A DNA stretch of 64,000 bases from Candidatus Poribacteria bacterium (GTDB lineage: Bacteria; Poribacteria; WGA-4E; WGA-3G). The notes under the pieces were generated by a model. It ran no database searches. It was not told the DNA's origin and was given only the letters and a program-made list of their open reading frames with translations. The stretch covers positions 512,001-576,000 of the forward strand of contig OZ243938.1 of NCBI GenBank assembly GCA_965214095.1, read 5' to 3'. The position numbers and the translations under genes were made by a program. This document shows, piece after piece, positions 10,853 to 20,831 of the stretch (the first letter of the stretch is position 1; every line of letters begins with the position of its first letter).

Positions 10853-10895
10853 AACAGATTACAAACTGGTTCATTTCATCGTAAGGACATCAGGT

Positions 10896-11159
10896 ATGTT
10901 TTTTACTTTTTGTATTTTCATTTTACCCATAATAGTATTCGTAATTTTGCATTTAGTATCTAAGCAAAAAACGGACGATGAAATGGCATCAACAGAACCT
11001 ATGGAAGTTTGTGCCTTATGCCAGAATGACTTTCCAATCAATCAATTGGTAGAAAAAGAGGTAGGAACTTACGGTAAAATATACTGTTTCTGTGAAGAAT
11101 GTGTGGAGAAATTATACAACGAATTCAAAGAACAAACTGGAATAAAGACAGGAGAATAA
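10896..11159 (+). CDS. Small membrane-anchored protein with a putative zinc ribbon
   Basis: N-terminal hydrophobic helix; CALC...CFCEEC; lies directly upstream of the PfkB kinase. Confidence 0.7.
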   Translation: MFFTFCIFILPIIVFVILHLVSKQKTDDEMASTEPMEVCALCQNDFPINQLVEKEVGTYGKIYCFCEECVEKLYNEFKEQTGIKTGE

Positions 11160-11162
11160 TAT

Positions 11163-12206
11163 ATGTACGATTTGGTTACATTTGGTGAAGCCATGATTCG
11201 ACTTACTGCCCCAGAATTTATGCGTTTGGAGCAAGTCTCATCATTATCTATCACTGCGGGTGGTGCGGAAATGAACGTCGCTGTCAACGCAGCACAACTC
11301 GGATTGAAAACCGCATGGGTTTCAAGACTTGTAGATAACTGGTCAGGTCGCTATATTCGCAACAAAGGACAAGAATTGGGAGTAGACATGTCCAACATCA
11401 AATGGGTGGAATTTGATGGCGTTGGATACGAACGGAACGGGTTTTACCATCTTGAAATGGGAGCCGGTCCCAGAGCAAGTAGTGTGACTTATGACCGCGG
11501 GCATTCAGCAATATCAAATGTACAACCCAGTGAGGTAGATTGGGCATCTATCTTTAGCAATGCACGATGGTTTCATCTGAGTGGAATCACACCCGCATTG
11601 TCAGAGTCAGCTGCAGCAGTTTCTGCGGAAGCATTAAAAGCGGCGCGAACAGCAGGAGTCACTACAAGTTATGACCTTAACTTTCGTTCAAAATTGTGGA
11701 ATGCTGAACAAGCACAAGCAGCAAACAAACCAATGATGGAACACGTCTCTGTCCTTATCGGTAATGAGGAAGATTTTGAGAAATCACTCGGTTTTGCTGC
11801 AGAAGGCGCAACCGAATCGTATAGTAAACTTGAACCAGATAGTTACAAAGAGGTAGCAGAAAGAGTCAAAGATGCGTTCCCGAACATAGAGATGATTGGC
11901 ACAACGTTGAGAGATGCAAAAACAGGTTGGTTAAATGACTGGCGGACGCTATTATATGATGGAGACAATTTTTATCTCTCACGTATCTATGAAGATTTAG
12001 AATTGGTGGATAGAGTCGGTGGTGGAGATAGTTTCTCTTCTGGGCTGATCTATAGTCTATTGAATGCGAAATCTCCACAAGATGCAGTTGACTTTGCTGG
12101 TGGCTATTCTGCTTTGGCACATACCTTCCCAGGAGATTTTAACTGGGCAACGGTAGCAGAAGCAGAGAAAGCGATGCAGGCAGGAAGTGTGCGAATCAGT
12201 CGCTAA
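11163..12206 (+). CDS. PfkB-family sugar kinase (2-keto-3-deoxygluconate kinase-like)
   Basis: GEAMIRL, GGAEMNVA, YDLNFRSKLW and DRVGGGDSF motifs. Confidence 0.92.
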   Translation: MYDLVTFGEAMIRLTAPEFMRLEQVSSLSITAGGAEMNVAVNAAQLGLKTAWVSRLVDNWSGRYIRNKGQELGVDMSNIKWVEFDGVGYERNGFYHLEMGAGPRASSVTYDRGHSAISNVQPSEVDWASIFSNARWFHLSGITPALSESAAAVSAEALKAARTAGVTTSYDLNFRSKLWNAEQAQAANKPMMEHVSVLIGNEEDFEKSLGFAAEGATESYSKLEPDSYKEVAERVKDAFPNIEMIGTTLRDAKTGWLNDWRTLLYDGDNFYLSRIYEDLELVDRVGGGDSFSSGLIYSLLNAKSPQDAVDFAGGYSALAHTFPGDFNWATVAEAEKAMQAGSVRISR

Positions 12207-13333
12207 TTCTTCTCAAGTAGGAAAAGAAACTCTCGGTTCGGTTTTTCAGTCGCACTTAACCATTCGTTTGTCCATTTCATACTTGCCATAACATTTCGTT
12301 TATAGTTCACCTCAACAACAGCAAGCAGTTTGCCGTTTGTTTGCATTACCTCGTTGAGTTCTTCAGCAGTTGCACGTCCTCCCGAACTGTATGACAGGAT
12401 GATCCACCGCGCTTGCGTCATCTTGATCAATCTTTCAAGGGCTTCAACAGCAATGAAACGTCCATTGTCATTGCGTCTGAATTCCTCAAATACGGAAGCA
12501 GAGAGTTGATCTGATGTATCCTCACGTCGCTTTGCTTTGCCGAATAGGTTCGGTCTGTCATAGAGGATGATGCTTTTCCATAGATGGTAATATGCCGCAT
12601 ATCTCACACGAGATGGCGGCATCTTTTCGTTGTTTGAACCGTAAGGGGGATCAAAGTATGCAAGATCAACATCAATCTGTGGTACAAGATCAAAGATGTC
12701 AGATCTATGCACTTGATGGTCTCCTTCAGAAATAAAAAGTTTCGGCACTTCAAGCACGAGTTCTTTGTAGGATCGTGGTGACCAATCCTTGAGGTATGCT
12801 GAATAATGTCCGAGTGTACTGTCCACGCGATCCATCCCTAACATCAAACTTGTAAGTGCAACAGCTTTATCAACGGTATCAAGGTTTAGATTCTCAATTT
12901 CGTCACGAATCGCATCTAACTTACGTGTGTTATGTAACTGCCAAGGTTTCTTAAGTCCATCTGCTTGGATTGCAGATCCATCGTTTGAATGTCCACCGTA
13001 ATGTTCTGTGAACCATCCATCTATCGGGGGAACAGCGTTTAGATGATCCATCAGGAGTTGATAGTCAGTTCGTGGCTTTTTGTTGAGAAGGTAGCAAGTT
13101 CCCAATACTTCTGACCAGTGTGCAATGTCGTTGGAGTGGACAGAATAACCGAGTTTTGAAAATGCCTGTGAGACTCGGGTTGTGCCTGAAAAGCCGTCTA
13201 AAATCGTCTTGGCATCAACCTTCTTGGCGAGTTGCAGGATTTGTGGGATGAGTTTTAGTTTGGAACCGGCGTATTTTATACCTTCTGTGGATGGAGTTTC
13301 AGGATTGTATCTCAAATTATGCAATCTTGACAT
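12203..13333 (-). CDS. D12-class N6-adenine DNA methyltransferase
   Basis: IKYAGSKLKL, LDGFSGT and YFDPPY motifs. Start set to ATG 13333 because the longer track ORF begins inside a repeat. Confidence 0.88.
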   Translation of the reverse strand: MSRLHNLRYNPETPSTEGIKYAGSKLKLIPQILQLAKKVDAKTILDGFSGTTRVSQAFSKLGYSVHSNDIAHWSEVLGTCYLLNKKPRTDYQLLMDHLNAVPPIDGWFTEHYGGHSNDGSAIQADGLKKPWQLHNTRKLDAIRDEIENLNLDTVDKAVALTSLMLGMDRVDSTLGHYSAYLKDWSPRSYKELVLEVPKLFISEGDHQVHRSDIFDLVPQIDVDLAYFDPPYGSNNEKMPPSRVRYAAYYHLWKSIILYDRPNLFGKAKRREDTSDQLSASVFEEFRRNDNGRFIAVEALERLIKMTQARWIILSYSSGGRATAEELNEVMQTNGKLLAVVEVNYKRNVMASMKWTNEWLSATEKPNREFLFLLEKN

Positions 13334-13338
13334 TGGTA

Positions 13339-13452
13339 ATACCATCTCTAATAGAAAACGCTGCATTTTTGTAGCATAAACTGTCAGTTTGTGCAGTCCT
13401 TCAAGACATTCTTAACAAATGTTAATGGGATAAACATTTATAGAAATGGTAT
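13339..13452. mobile_element. Family A MITE-like element, copy 2
   Basis: ATACCATCTCTA...TAGAAATGGTAT, 114 bp; supplies the last codons and stop of ORF 13438-13665. Confidence 0.85.
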
Positions 13453-13665
13453 AAGAGTAAGTTCTTTAGCAGTTGCCTTACCTAAAATAGCATCCTGAAT
13501 TAAAGTACTGGCATTCAGAATCTCAATACCGATAAGTTCACCGTTTTCATTCAATTCAGCAGTGATATTGGGGCTAAATTCAAGACTATCTCCTTGTGGT
13601 TCTTCAGAAATAACGAGATGTAATATATCTTCTATGTGAAAATATTTCATTTTTGCTTTATTCAT
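13438..13665 (-). CDS. DUF2283-like small protein
   Basis: YFHIEDILHL...ELNENGELIGIEILNAS pattern; GAGG RBS. Confidence 0.75.
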   Translation of the reverse strand: MNKAKMKYFHIEDILHLVISEEPQGDSLEFSPNITAELNENGELIGIEILNASTLIQDAILGKATAKELTLIPFL

Positions 13666-13683
13666 AGGGTATACCTCTGTGTC

Positions 13684-14649
13684 CTAATCCTGAACCGAAT
13701 CTGCTGCATCTTCTGGCTTGTCTTTTTCAGGATCATATAGACGGTATTTATCCCTTCCTATCCACATATATCTATCTTCACCTCTAGGATAGTTACGACG
13801 CGTAGGGAACTTAACACAGCAACCCCTTATCAATCTTCTTACTTTATTCACATTGAAATCAGGATACTTACTCGAAACAATTCGTTCAATTCCTTTGAGA
13901 GAGAATGTAGCGTTAAAATCCCCTTTTGTAAATTCCTGAACTGCTTCCCATACAATCTGTTCTTCAGGTTCATCGCTCGGAAGTCGCGGAGGAGAGGAAG
14001 ACTCTTTCTGGGATTTATTAGGTACAGCGAACTGCTCATCTCCAACTTTTGCTTCCATACTTACAAGTCGTTCTCCTGTTTCTGTTTCAAAGGTGGAGAC
14101 ATTGATACAATTTATGTCCATTCCTTGTGAAGTTCGGAGGAATCGGCATACACGAGCAACTCTTGAGGGAATGTCTGAAGCAACAATGTATAGCCGTAGG
14201 TTACGATTTAAATGCGGTATTTCGTCAGTGTCGGATAATTCAAACACATCCTTGAAGACTTGATGGAATTGCTTTCTATTGGATTCATCACCTGTTTCAA
14301 AATAGTCCTCTGCAATTTCTTGGATCTGATCATCAGAAAGTTCGCTTGCCCATGCTGCATATTCAAGCAATTGGGCTACTACATCACGCGGAGCTTGGTC
14401 CCGCTTTAACTCAACGATCACCAGATTTCCTTCTGCATCCACTCCAAGTAAATCAGGGAACAGGGTTCCTTCCTCATCTTTAGCACTCGTTTGCCGACCA
14501 ATCCACAGAAAATCCTCTTGAGCAAGAGTCTGTCGCGGACTATTCTCCAACCAATCCTCAAGATGACTTTCAAGTTCCAGATTTGTTTCTTGTGCGATGA
14601 CGAGTTCTGAGTTAGAAATGTCGTCACCTTCTAATCTAAAAATAGGCAT
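13684..14649 (-). CDS. NucS/DUF91-like PD-(D/E)xK endonuclease domain protein with a C-terminal wHTH-like region
   Basis: ESHLEDWL...PDLLGVDAEGNLVIVELKR...VVAQLLEYA. Confidence 0.78.
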   Translation of the reverse strand: MPIFRLEGDDISNSELVIAQETNLELESHLEDWLENSPRQTLAQEDFLWIGRQTSAKDEEGTLFPDLLGVDAEGNLVIVELKRDQAPRDVVAQLLEYAAWASELSDDQIQEIAEDYFETGDESNRKQFHQVFKDVFELSDTDEIPHLNRNLRLYIVASDIPSRVARVCRFLRTSQGMDINCINVSTFETETGERLVSMEAKVGDEQFAVPNKSQKESSSPPRLPSDEPEEQIVWEAVQEFTKGDFNATFSLKGIERIVSSKYPDFNVNKVRRLIRGCCVKFPTRRNYPRGEDRYMWIGRDKYRLYDPEKDKPEDAADSVQD

Positions 14650-14667
14650 AACTTTAATTTACCCTCT

Positions 14668-14805
14668 TATAGTAAAAATCATAATTATTTACACACTACG
14701 GTAGGTTCGGTTTCCTAACCGAACCGGTGTTTGTTCAGTCTCATAGATGCGGTTAGGAAACCGCATCTACCGGGGAGTGTGCACGTATTTTTACATTTCA
14801 CTATA
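14668..14805. mobile_element. Family B MITE-like element (138 bp) carrying an inverted REP pair (REPIN-like), copy 1
   Basis: Ends TATAGTAAAA...TTTCACTATA; REPs at 14701-14725 (+) and 14746-14770 (-); near-identical copy at 38415. Confidence 0.85.
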
Positions 14806-14831
14806 ATGAAATCTTTGGTTCTTGGTAAAAA

Positions 14832-14854
14832 GTGCGCTTACAAAGCGCGCCTAC
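14832..14854 (-). repeat. Solitary GTAG REP-like hairpin
   Basis: Minus strand reads GTAGGCGCGCTTTGTAAGCGCAC. Confidence 0.55.
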
Positions 14855-14882
14855 AAATGTTTGTTGTTATATTGATGAGTAT

Positions 14883-15746
14883 TTACCGCACAAAGCAGGA
14901 GAGGCATTCATAAGAACGGAGCAGTCCATCCGATTCTGCTTCCCATGATCCAGAATAACGATAATCTTCCAGCTCAACGCTGACGATGCCATCAAACCCC
15001 GCATCTTCAAGAATCTGCACCACTTTCAGCCAATCCACAACGCCATCGCCAGGAATGGTGTATCGCCACCAATCCTCACCGTAACCGCGAGGTGAACTGA
15101 AACTCGGTCCCAAATTGCCGTGCAAGTATAGTGCTTCCTCATCAAAAACGGTATCTTTTCCGTGGACATGTTTTACATGTGCCGCGAATTCGTTGAGGGC
15201 ACGGATGTGGTCAATGCCAATTCTGACAAGGTGTGACGGGTCATAATTGAGACTTAAACCAGAGGAAGGACATTCAGCAAACATGGCACGCCACATCTCA
15301 GGCGTACATCCGAGTGCCGGATATGTAGGAGCACCGCCAGGCCATCCCTCTATGACTATAGTTACATCATGAGACTCGGCAAATTCTGCTACTGGTGGTA
15401 CGGTTTCTTTCCAGATGTCAAAATTCTTTCCGCGACCGAGACCTGCGTCTTCTGGAACGAAAACACAGAACATGATGTGAACATCGTTTTCTGCAGCAGC
15501 TTGAATGGATGCTTTTGCCTTATCAGCACCGGATTTCTGTGTGGATTTTTTTGCACTGAGGAGTTCACGAGTTCCCGGTAAATCTGCACTACCGATTTCC
15601 AACCCCGCATCTCTTGCTGTTTTCACAACTTCAGGTGTCGCTTCTCCAATATCAATCGCTTCAAATCCGTTATCAGCACACCACTTACAGAAATCTGAGA
15701 ATGGCATTTTACGGGCAGTACCAGGAATACGTAGTCCTATTTTCAT
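14883..15746 (-). CDS. Sugar phosphate isomerase/epimerase (AP_endonuc_2 TIM barrel)
   Basis: IEGWP, YDPSHL, HVHGKD, PGDGVVDW and SVELED motifs. Confidence 0.88.
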   Translation of the reverse strand: MKIGLRIPGTARKMPFSDFCKWCADNGFEAIDIGEATPEVVKTARDAGLEIGSADLPGTRELLSAKKSTQKSGADKAKASIQAAAENDVHIMFCVFVPEDAGLGRGKNFDIWKETVPPVAEFAESHDVTIVIEGWPGGAPTYPALGCTPEMWRAMFAECPSSGLSLNYDPSHLVRIGIDHIRALNEFAAHVKHVHGKDTVFDEEALYLHGNLGPSFSSPRGYGEDWWRYTIPGDGVVDWLKVVQILEDAGFDGIVSVELEDYRYSGSWEAESDGLLRSYECLSCFVR

Positions 15747-15791
15747 ATTAATTCCTTTTCTTTTGATATGTTGTTCTATCTGTAAATTCTT

Positions 15792-17012
15792 CTAATATCC
15801 CATTAACCCACAACAACGGCGACACACAGGCATCGGTCCATCAGTGCTAACAGATTGACGGAATTTCATTGCCTTCTGATTATTCCACATATCAACAACC
15901 TTGTCCTCTTTGATGTTGCCGATAATATAGTCATGATAATCCCGACACAAACTCACATCACCGTTACTATCAATCTCAAGCGTCATAAAGATGCTGACAC
16001 ACTGGTTATATCCAAAAGTTTCGCTATGGTCTGTGTAATATGTTTGGATTTCACCCTTTGAGTTTAACCTTGGCATCATGATAGGTGGACATCGCTTCTG
16101 TTCATGTGATAAGTTTTCCATCTCTTCAAACCGATCAAGTATATCGCCATGGTCAAAGTCGTGCCATGTGCCGATCCATCCGTAATGTGTTTGTGGCTTA
16201 AATCCAAAACGCTGTTCAAAGTCTTCTGTATGTTCTTGTGCAGATTCAGAATCTATCCACCAAGTTAGGTAGAATATCTGAGCATCGGCATATTCGCTTG
16301 TGAACTTATACAGATCGACCACATAATCTATGTTATACATAGTAATACAGCTGAGTGGGATAATATAAGGGAACGTTGTGTTCTTACGTTCTTTTTCCGC
16401 ATGCAGTGTCTCTAATGCAGCTTTTACATCTTTGAAATTGTCATAATTCTCTGAAACACCTGGACGTTGTGTGTTATGGATTTCTTCGTCTGGACCGTCA
16501 ACGCTGAGATATACTATTTTACATGTTTCCATTATGTCATCAGCACGTCTTGCGATGTTTGTTGCATTACTAACCAGTGAGATCGGCATGTCTTTCTCCT
16601 TGATATAATGCATCAATTCGATGATACCGGGATATAGCATCGGTTCGCCACCCCAGATATACCAAACAGGAGACCATCCAGCGTCTACAATTTGGTCAAC
16701 AAGGTCTTTATATATTTCTACTGGTACTTCTCGTTGCTTTAACTCTTTGAGTGATTTATCAAGAAGATATCCGTTATCACCCCATTGTCCGCAAGAATGA
16801 CAACGGAGATTACACATATCTGTAATACGTAGACTTACTAACTGGATATCATCACCTTTTCCGTGCTTTGCACCGAAAGGATGACGCACGTTAAAGGTCT
16901 CTTTTGCCATTTGGTACCGCATCAGTTTGCGGGATGTTTTCCAATCTTGTGTTACTGCGGTTGCAAGTTGATTGACAAGGAACCGCGATGAGATTCGACT
17001 TCTTATTGCCAT
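15792..17012 (-). CDS. Radical SAM protein with a C-terminal SPASM/twitch domain
   Basis: CNLRCHSC, WGGEP, C...GDVSLC and CRRCC motifs; start at ATG 17012 with GGAG upstream. Confidence 0.88.
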   Translation of the reverse strand: MAIRSRISSRFLVNQLATAVTQDWKTSRKLMRYQMAKETFNVRHPFGAKHGKGDDIQLVSLRITDMCNLRCHSCGQWGDNGYLLDKSLKELKQREVPVEIYKDLVDQIVDAGWSPVWYIWGGEPMLYPGIIELMHYIKEKDMPISLVSNATNIARRADDIMETCKIVYLSVDGPDEEIHNTQRPGVSENYDNFKDVKAALETLHAEKERKNTTFPYIIPLSCITMYNIDYVVDLYKFTSEYADAQIFYLTWWIDSESAQEHTEDFEQRFGFKPQTHYGWIGTWHDFDHGDILDRFEEMENLSHEQKRCPPIMMPRLNSKGEIQTYYTDHSETFGYNQCVSIFMTLEIDSNGDVSLCRDYHDYIIGNIKEDKVVDMWNNQKAMKFRQSVSTDGPMPVCRRCCGLMGY

Positions 17013-17101
17013 AGTTACTCCATTTCTTTCTTCAAGGAAATACACCAATCAATGTATTTTTGTATGTATGAGTTCATGTTGATATAAGTTAAATGTTCTT
17101 T

Positions 17102-17515
17102 TTAAGATTCGTTTTCTGACTTCACAAGCGTGAGTGCTGCAGAGTTGAGACAGTATCTTTTACCTGTAGGTTCTGGTCCATCATCAAACACGTGCCCAAG
17201 ATGTGCATCACAACGACTACACAGAACTTCAGTACGAGGCATAAAAAATATGCTCCGATCCGATTTTGTTATAATAGATTCTGGAGAAACCGGTTGCCAA
17301 AAGCTGGGCCATCCTGTTCCAGATTCGAATTTTGTTTCAGACGTAAATAATGGACTCCCACAACAGATACAGTGATATATACCTTCGTCTTTACAATCGT
17401 GGTATATACCAGTGAACGCGCGTTCAGTGCCTTTCTTCCGAGTGATCTTATATTCTTCTGGTGAAAGTTGGTCTTTCCAATCTTTGTCTGACTTTGTTAT
17501 TTTTTCAGCATCCAT
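17102..17515 (-). CDS. msrB: Peptide-methionine (R)-S-oxide reductase
   Basis: GTERAFTG, KFESGTGWPSF, HLGHVFDDGP and RYCLNS motifs. Confidence 0.97.
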   Translation of the reverse strand: MDAEKITKSDKDWKDQLSPEEYKITRKKGTERAFTGIYHDCKDEGIYHCICCGSPLFTSETKFESGTGWPSFWQPVSPESIITKSDRSIFFMPRTEVLCSRCDAHLGHVFDDGPEPTGKRYCLNSAALTLVKSENES

Positions 17516-17622
17516 TACTATCTCCTTGTATTTCTTGTGTACACTATCACATATTTTGGCAAAAAATGCAAGTGAGATTTATTTTATGAAGTTTGATTGT
17601 CTTCCACGACAAAGTTGCTTTT

Positions 17623-18840
17623 TCATGATTTATCTTTATTTTTATCCTTTATCCGTCCTAATACCTTACATCTCGTTGCAGATAGAATTTTATAGCGAAC
17701 CCCACCCCAAACTATTTTACGTTGAAACATGGCATAGAAAGCATTTATCCCAGCAAGAAAACCAGAAAATGGAGCCGCAAATTTGCTGATACGGAGTGTG
17801 TCCCGAACCCTCGGCATATCCAGCAGCCATTGGGGCAGGTTTCTACAACATAGTTGAAAACCGATGATTTCTAAAAATGGAATGAAAGTTACGGTTAAAA
17901 GTGCCTGCCGTGAATAAAGAAATGGGATAACGCCAATAATCAACACTGATTTTGGTAGAAATAGAAACAGACTGCCAAACCACTGTAACCACAATCCCAT
18001 GTGACACGTCATAATCATCTGCCGATTCGTAAATTCAAAAATCTGTTTCCAGGTGCGGTTTGATGTTTCTGTTACCGCAACACAATCGGGTACGTAATGT
18101 ATTTTGAGCTTTATATCTCGGACAGCACGTGTAGTGTTCAGGTCTTCAATCGTGGCATTTTCCCATCGCTGAAGTATCTTCCCTTTTTCAAGGAAATCAC
18201 GACGAAAAGCGTTTGAGCCACCCCATACCATTGTCAAACGATGGTCCCCTTGCAATGCCAATTGGAAGTTCACCCACGTCGCTTCAACAAGCGATGGAAA
18301 GTTCCAGGTTTGTGGAAAATAAAACCTACCCCCAACTGTTGCTCCGATGGAATTATCTTGAAGTGGCGTGACGAGGAGTCTGAGCCAATCCTTCTGAATC
18401 TTCACATCTGCATCTACAAAAGCGATTACTTCTACATCCTCTGGTAGATTCTCTATGACGGTAATAAGATTTTGCACTTTCTGTGAACGGGGTAGGTTGT
18501 TATCAATAATATTAGGTGCTAAAGAAACATTTGCATGTGGAACGTTTTCAACAAGTTCTTGTAAATGTGGGTAAGAAACATCGTGACCTTTATCAACCAT
18601 TTCGTGGGTGACAAAATAGATCTGATATTCTCCTCCATATTCCTGATCCAAGAGACTTTTCGCATGTTGTTCAGTTTCGTCATCCCAACCGTAATGCGGC
18701 GCGATTATAGCAACTTTAGGTGTGTATGTAGGTCTCACTTTCTTTCGTTCACGACGAGTATAAAAAAATGATTGACTGATCAATATCATCTCAAGGATAA
18801 AAAGAAAATAGGCTGTGAATATTATTATAGATGTGGTCAT
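17623..18840 (-). CDS. GT2-like glycosyltransferase (ceramide glucosyltransferase/HpnI-like)
   Basis: AFVDAD, WGGSNAFR, IEDL and RQMIM motifs with flanking TM helices. Start moved to 18840 because the track start lies in a repeat. Confidence 0.8.
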   Translation of the reverse strand: MTTSIIIFTAYFLFILEMILISQSFFYTRRERKKVRPTYTPKVAIIAPHYGWDDETEQHAKSLLDQEYGGEYQIYFVTHEMVDKGHDVSYPHLQELVENVPHANVSLAPNIIDNNLPRSQKVQNLITVIENLPEDVEVIAFVDADVKIQKDWLRLLVTPLQDNSIGATVGGRFYFPQTWNFPSLVEATWVNFQLALQGDHRLTMVWGGSNAFRRDFLEKGKILQRWENATIEDLNTTRAVRDIKLKIHYVPDCVAVTETSNRTWKQIFEFTNRQMIMTCHMGLWLQWFGSLFLFLPKSVLIIGVIPFLYSRQALLTVTFIPFLEIIGFQLCCRNLPQWLLDMPRVRDTLRISKFAAPFSGFLAGINAFYAMFQRKIVWGGVRYKILSATRCKVLGRIKDKNKDKS

Positions 18841-18869
18841 GATTATATGTATATAGTCAACAATCTGAT

Positions 18870-18972
18870 TATAATGAATTATAAATATAAGTTGACACTT
18901 TCGACCCACGGTAGGCGAGGTTTCCTAACCTCGCCTATGCAGAGTGTTCAAGTAATTTAGAAATCCACTATA
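18870..18972. mobile_element. Family C MITE-like element (103 bp), copy 1
   Basis: TATAATGAATT...AATCCACTATA; single REP GTAGGCGAGGTTTCCTAACCTCGCC; copies at 23181, 53083 and 56262. Confidence 0.85.
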
Positions 18973-18998
18973 GTATTACTGCAAATTAGAAGTTCAAA

Positions 18999-20831
18999 TT
19001 ACTGTTCTTCAGAGGTGCGAAACCATGCCAATTTCGGTTTGAGTTTTGGTATCAATTCGGGTTTTATTAGAAAGATATGTTCGGGTTGATTTTGAGTTCT
19101 TGCGTAGTAATTCCCAGATGAATCTGTCTCACCGATTTGCAATGTAAAAACGGACTTATTGCGTAATTCTACAGTAATCTGTATATTAGGAGATTGGAAA
19201 CTTTTTATAACCTCAGTTAGTTTATTTGTTCTACCATCAAAGGTTAATCCAACAAATTCCTCTGCCTTCAAATCAATTAATTCATACAGAAGCGCGTTTA
19301 CTTCTCCATTATTAGCATTCTCTTGAACAGGTTTGGTTATTCTCCAATTCGTTCCAAGTCGTTGACAGGTATATTGTACTGTTTCATTTGAATCATCAAC
19401 ATATTTTACAGTACACCGTATCGGATCATCAATAGTAAATTTGAATATCTGCTTATCTCTTAACCATGCAACACCTTCGCTTATTTTGTCAATTAACTCG
19501 CGTTTGACAAGTGCGATTTGCTTAGTTCTGTTTGTTTTCATGTATACCGTGTCGTTTTTAGTGAAATCTCCAATATGTAGTTCAATAGGTTTTTCAACAT
19601 CACGTATGGTAAGCTTAACTCTGAATGAAGCGTTTTTTAATCCATATAATTCAAGGTTTTTTGAAGAGTTGGATATATAGTCAACAGCTTCAAGTGAATC
19701 AATACCGTATATCAAGTCGCTGGCTGCTTGCGAGTCTGCAGCTATACTATTTTTACCTTGTATTTCCCATAGGTCTTTCTGCCGTTTTATACCTTCAATT
19801 CTCTCTTTTCCGCGTTGAATTTCAAACTGTATAACATCACCACGTTGGAAATCAAGCAATCGTTTGTCTCGTAGGTCAAATGCAGTTTTATTGAGTAGTT
19901 TGATAATGTCATCTGTAACAGTGTATATGCCACCTTGGTGAATGGACTGTACGTAGACGGTCTCTTTATCAGTATTTTCTATATCTGTTGAATGAGGAAC
20001 AGCCGAACCTATCGCAAGACCGTAACTCTTTCCCACATCTTTCAGTGTGATATGAATACGTGGTGTATCTAATCCGTATTTTTCTAATGACGATTTTACC
20101 GATTCACCATCTAACTCAAAGGAGGAGACTTGTATGGTTTGTAATTCTGAGAGGATATATCTTATATCTTCAGAATCTGCATTTACAGATACTGGATTTG
20201 TCATCATCCAAGAGTCACCATTCTTCACACACGAAAACGGTTCAGGTTTTCGAAATGCAATTTCTGTGATTGCATCTGGATTGAATGTAATGACAGAACG
20301 ACTGCGAATGTCAGTTGTGGATATTGCTAAGTCATCAAGCGCACTGGATTCAATAATAAATATGTGTTGTTCCGTCTGTTCTTTGATATATACGGAATAG
20401 TTAACTCCCTTTTTTCCGATTAAAAAAGTAAGTGGGTTACCGTCCCTGTCCTTCCACAGTTGCACTGTAATAGTAGGATTCTCTAACCCATATTGGTCAT
20501 ATTCAGCAACTTCAAAGGTCTGTCTTATCCGTTTATCTACAAAATCATCCAATACAGTGTTAACTTTAGAAAAATCTGCATCTGCAATGAATGGTGATGT
20601 AATCTGCCACATCTCTTCACCATCCTTGCTTACACTAATTGTTTGATAGGAATCATCGGCGTAGGAAAGTTGTATTCTTGATATGTCCTCACGCGGCAGT
20701 TCGTAGACTTCAGAGATGGTCGGTTTATTGCGACTTGTCCTTTCTTCTACTGGTTCGTCAAAAAACAGAAAATATGTTGCTGCAATAACGATCAATAGCA
20801 CTATGATGATAAGAGTGGTCCTGTAATTCAT
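18999..20831 (-). CDS. DUF4340 domain protein (three repeats)
   Basis: N-terminal anchor; repeated W-x-I/M-T-x-P...AD...YGL-x-x-P...IG...VY pattern; in an operon with GldG/GldF-like genes. Confidence 0.8.
   Translation of the reverse strand: MNYRTTLIIIVLLIVIAATYFLFFDEPVEERTSRNKPTISEVYELPREDISRIQLSYADDSYQTISVSKDGEEMWQITSPFIADADFSKVNTVLDDFVDKRIRQTFEVAEYDQYGLENPTITVQLWKDRDGNPLTFLIGKKGVNYSVYIKEQTEQHIFIIESSALDDLAISTTDIRSRSVITFNPDAITEIAFRKPEPFSCVKNGDSWMMTNPVSVNADSEDIRYILSELQTIQVSSFELDGESVKSSLEKYGLDTPRIHITLKDVGKSYGLAIGSAVPHSTDIENTDKETVYVQSIHQGGIYTVTDDIIKLLNKTAFDLRDKRLLDFQRGDVIQFEIQRGKERIEGIKRQKDLWEIQGKNSIAADSQAASDLIYGIDSLEAVDYISNSSKNLELYGLKNASFRVKLTIRDVEKPIELHIGDFTKNDTVYMKTNRTKQIALVKRELIDKISEGVAWLRDKQIFKFTIDDPIRCTVKYVDDSNETVQYTCQRLGTNWRITKPVQENANNGEVNALLYELIDLKAEEFVGLTFDGRTNKLTEVIKSFQSPNIQITVELRNKSVFTLQIGETDSSGNYYARTQNQPEHIFLIKPELIPKLKPKLAWFRTSEEQ

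Noticed and set aside
14731-14913. ORFs starting MFSLID..RKPHLP here and at 38478
   Set aside because: Both are translations of the family B repeat.
18892-18897. TTGACA inside family C elements as a portable promoter
   Set aside because: No plausible -10 at 16-18 nt spacing.
18841-18909. N-terminal extensions of the GT2, ClpX-like and methylase ORFs given by the track
   Set aside because: The extensions start inside repeats; downstream ATGs fit better.
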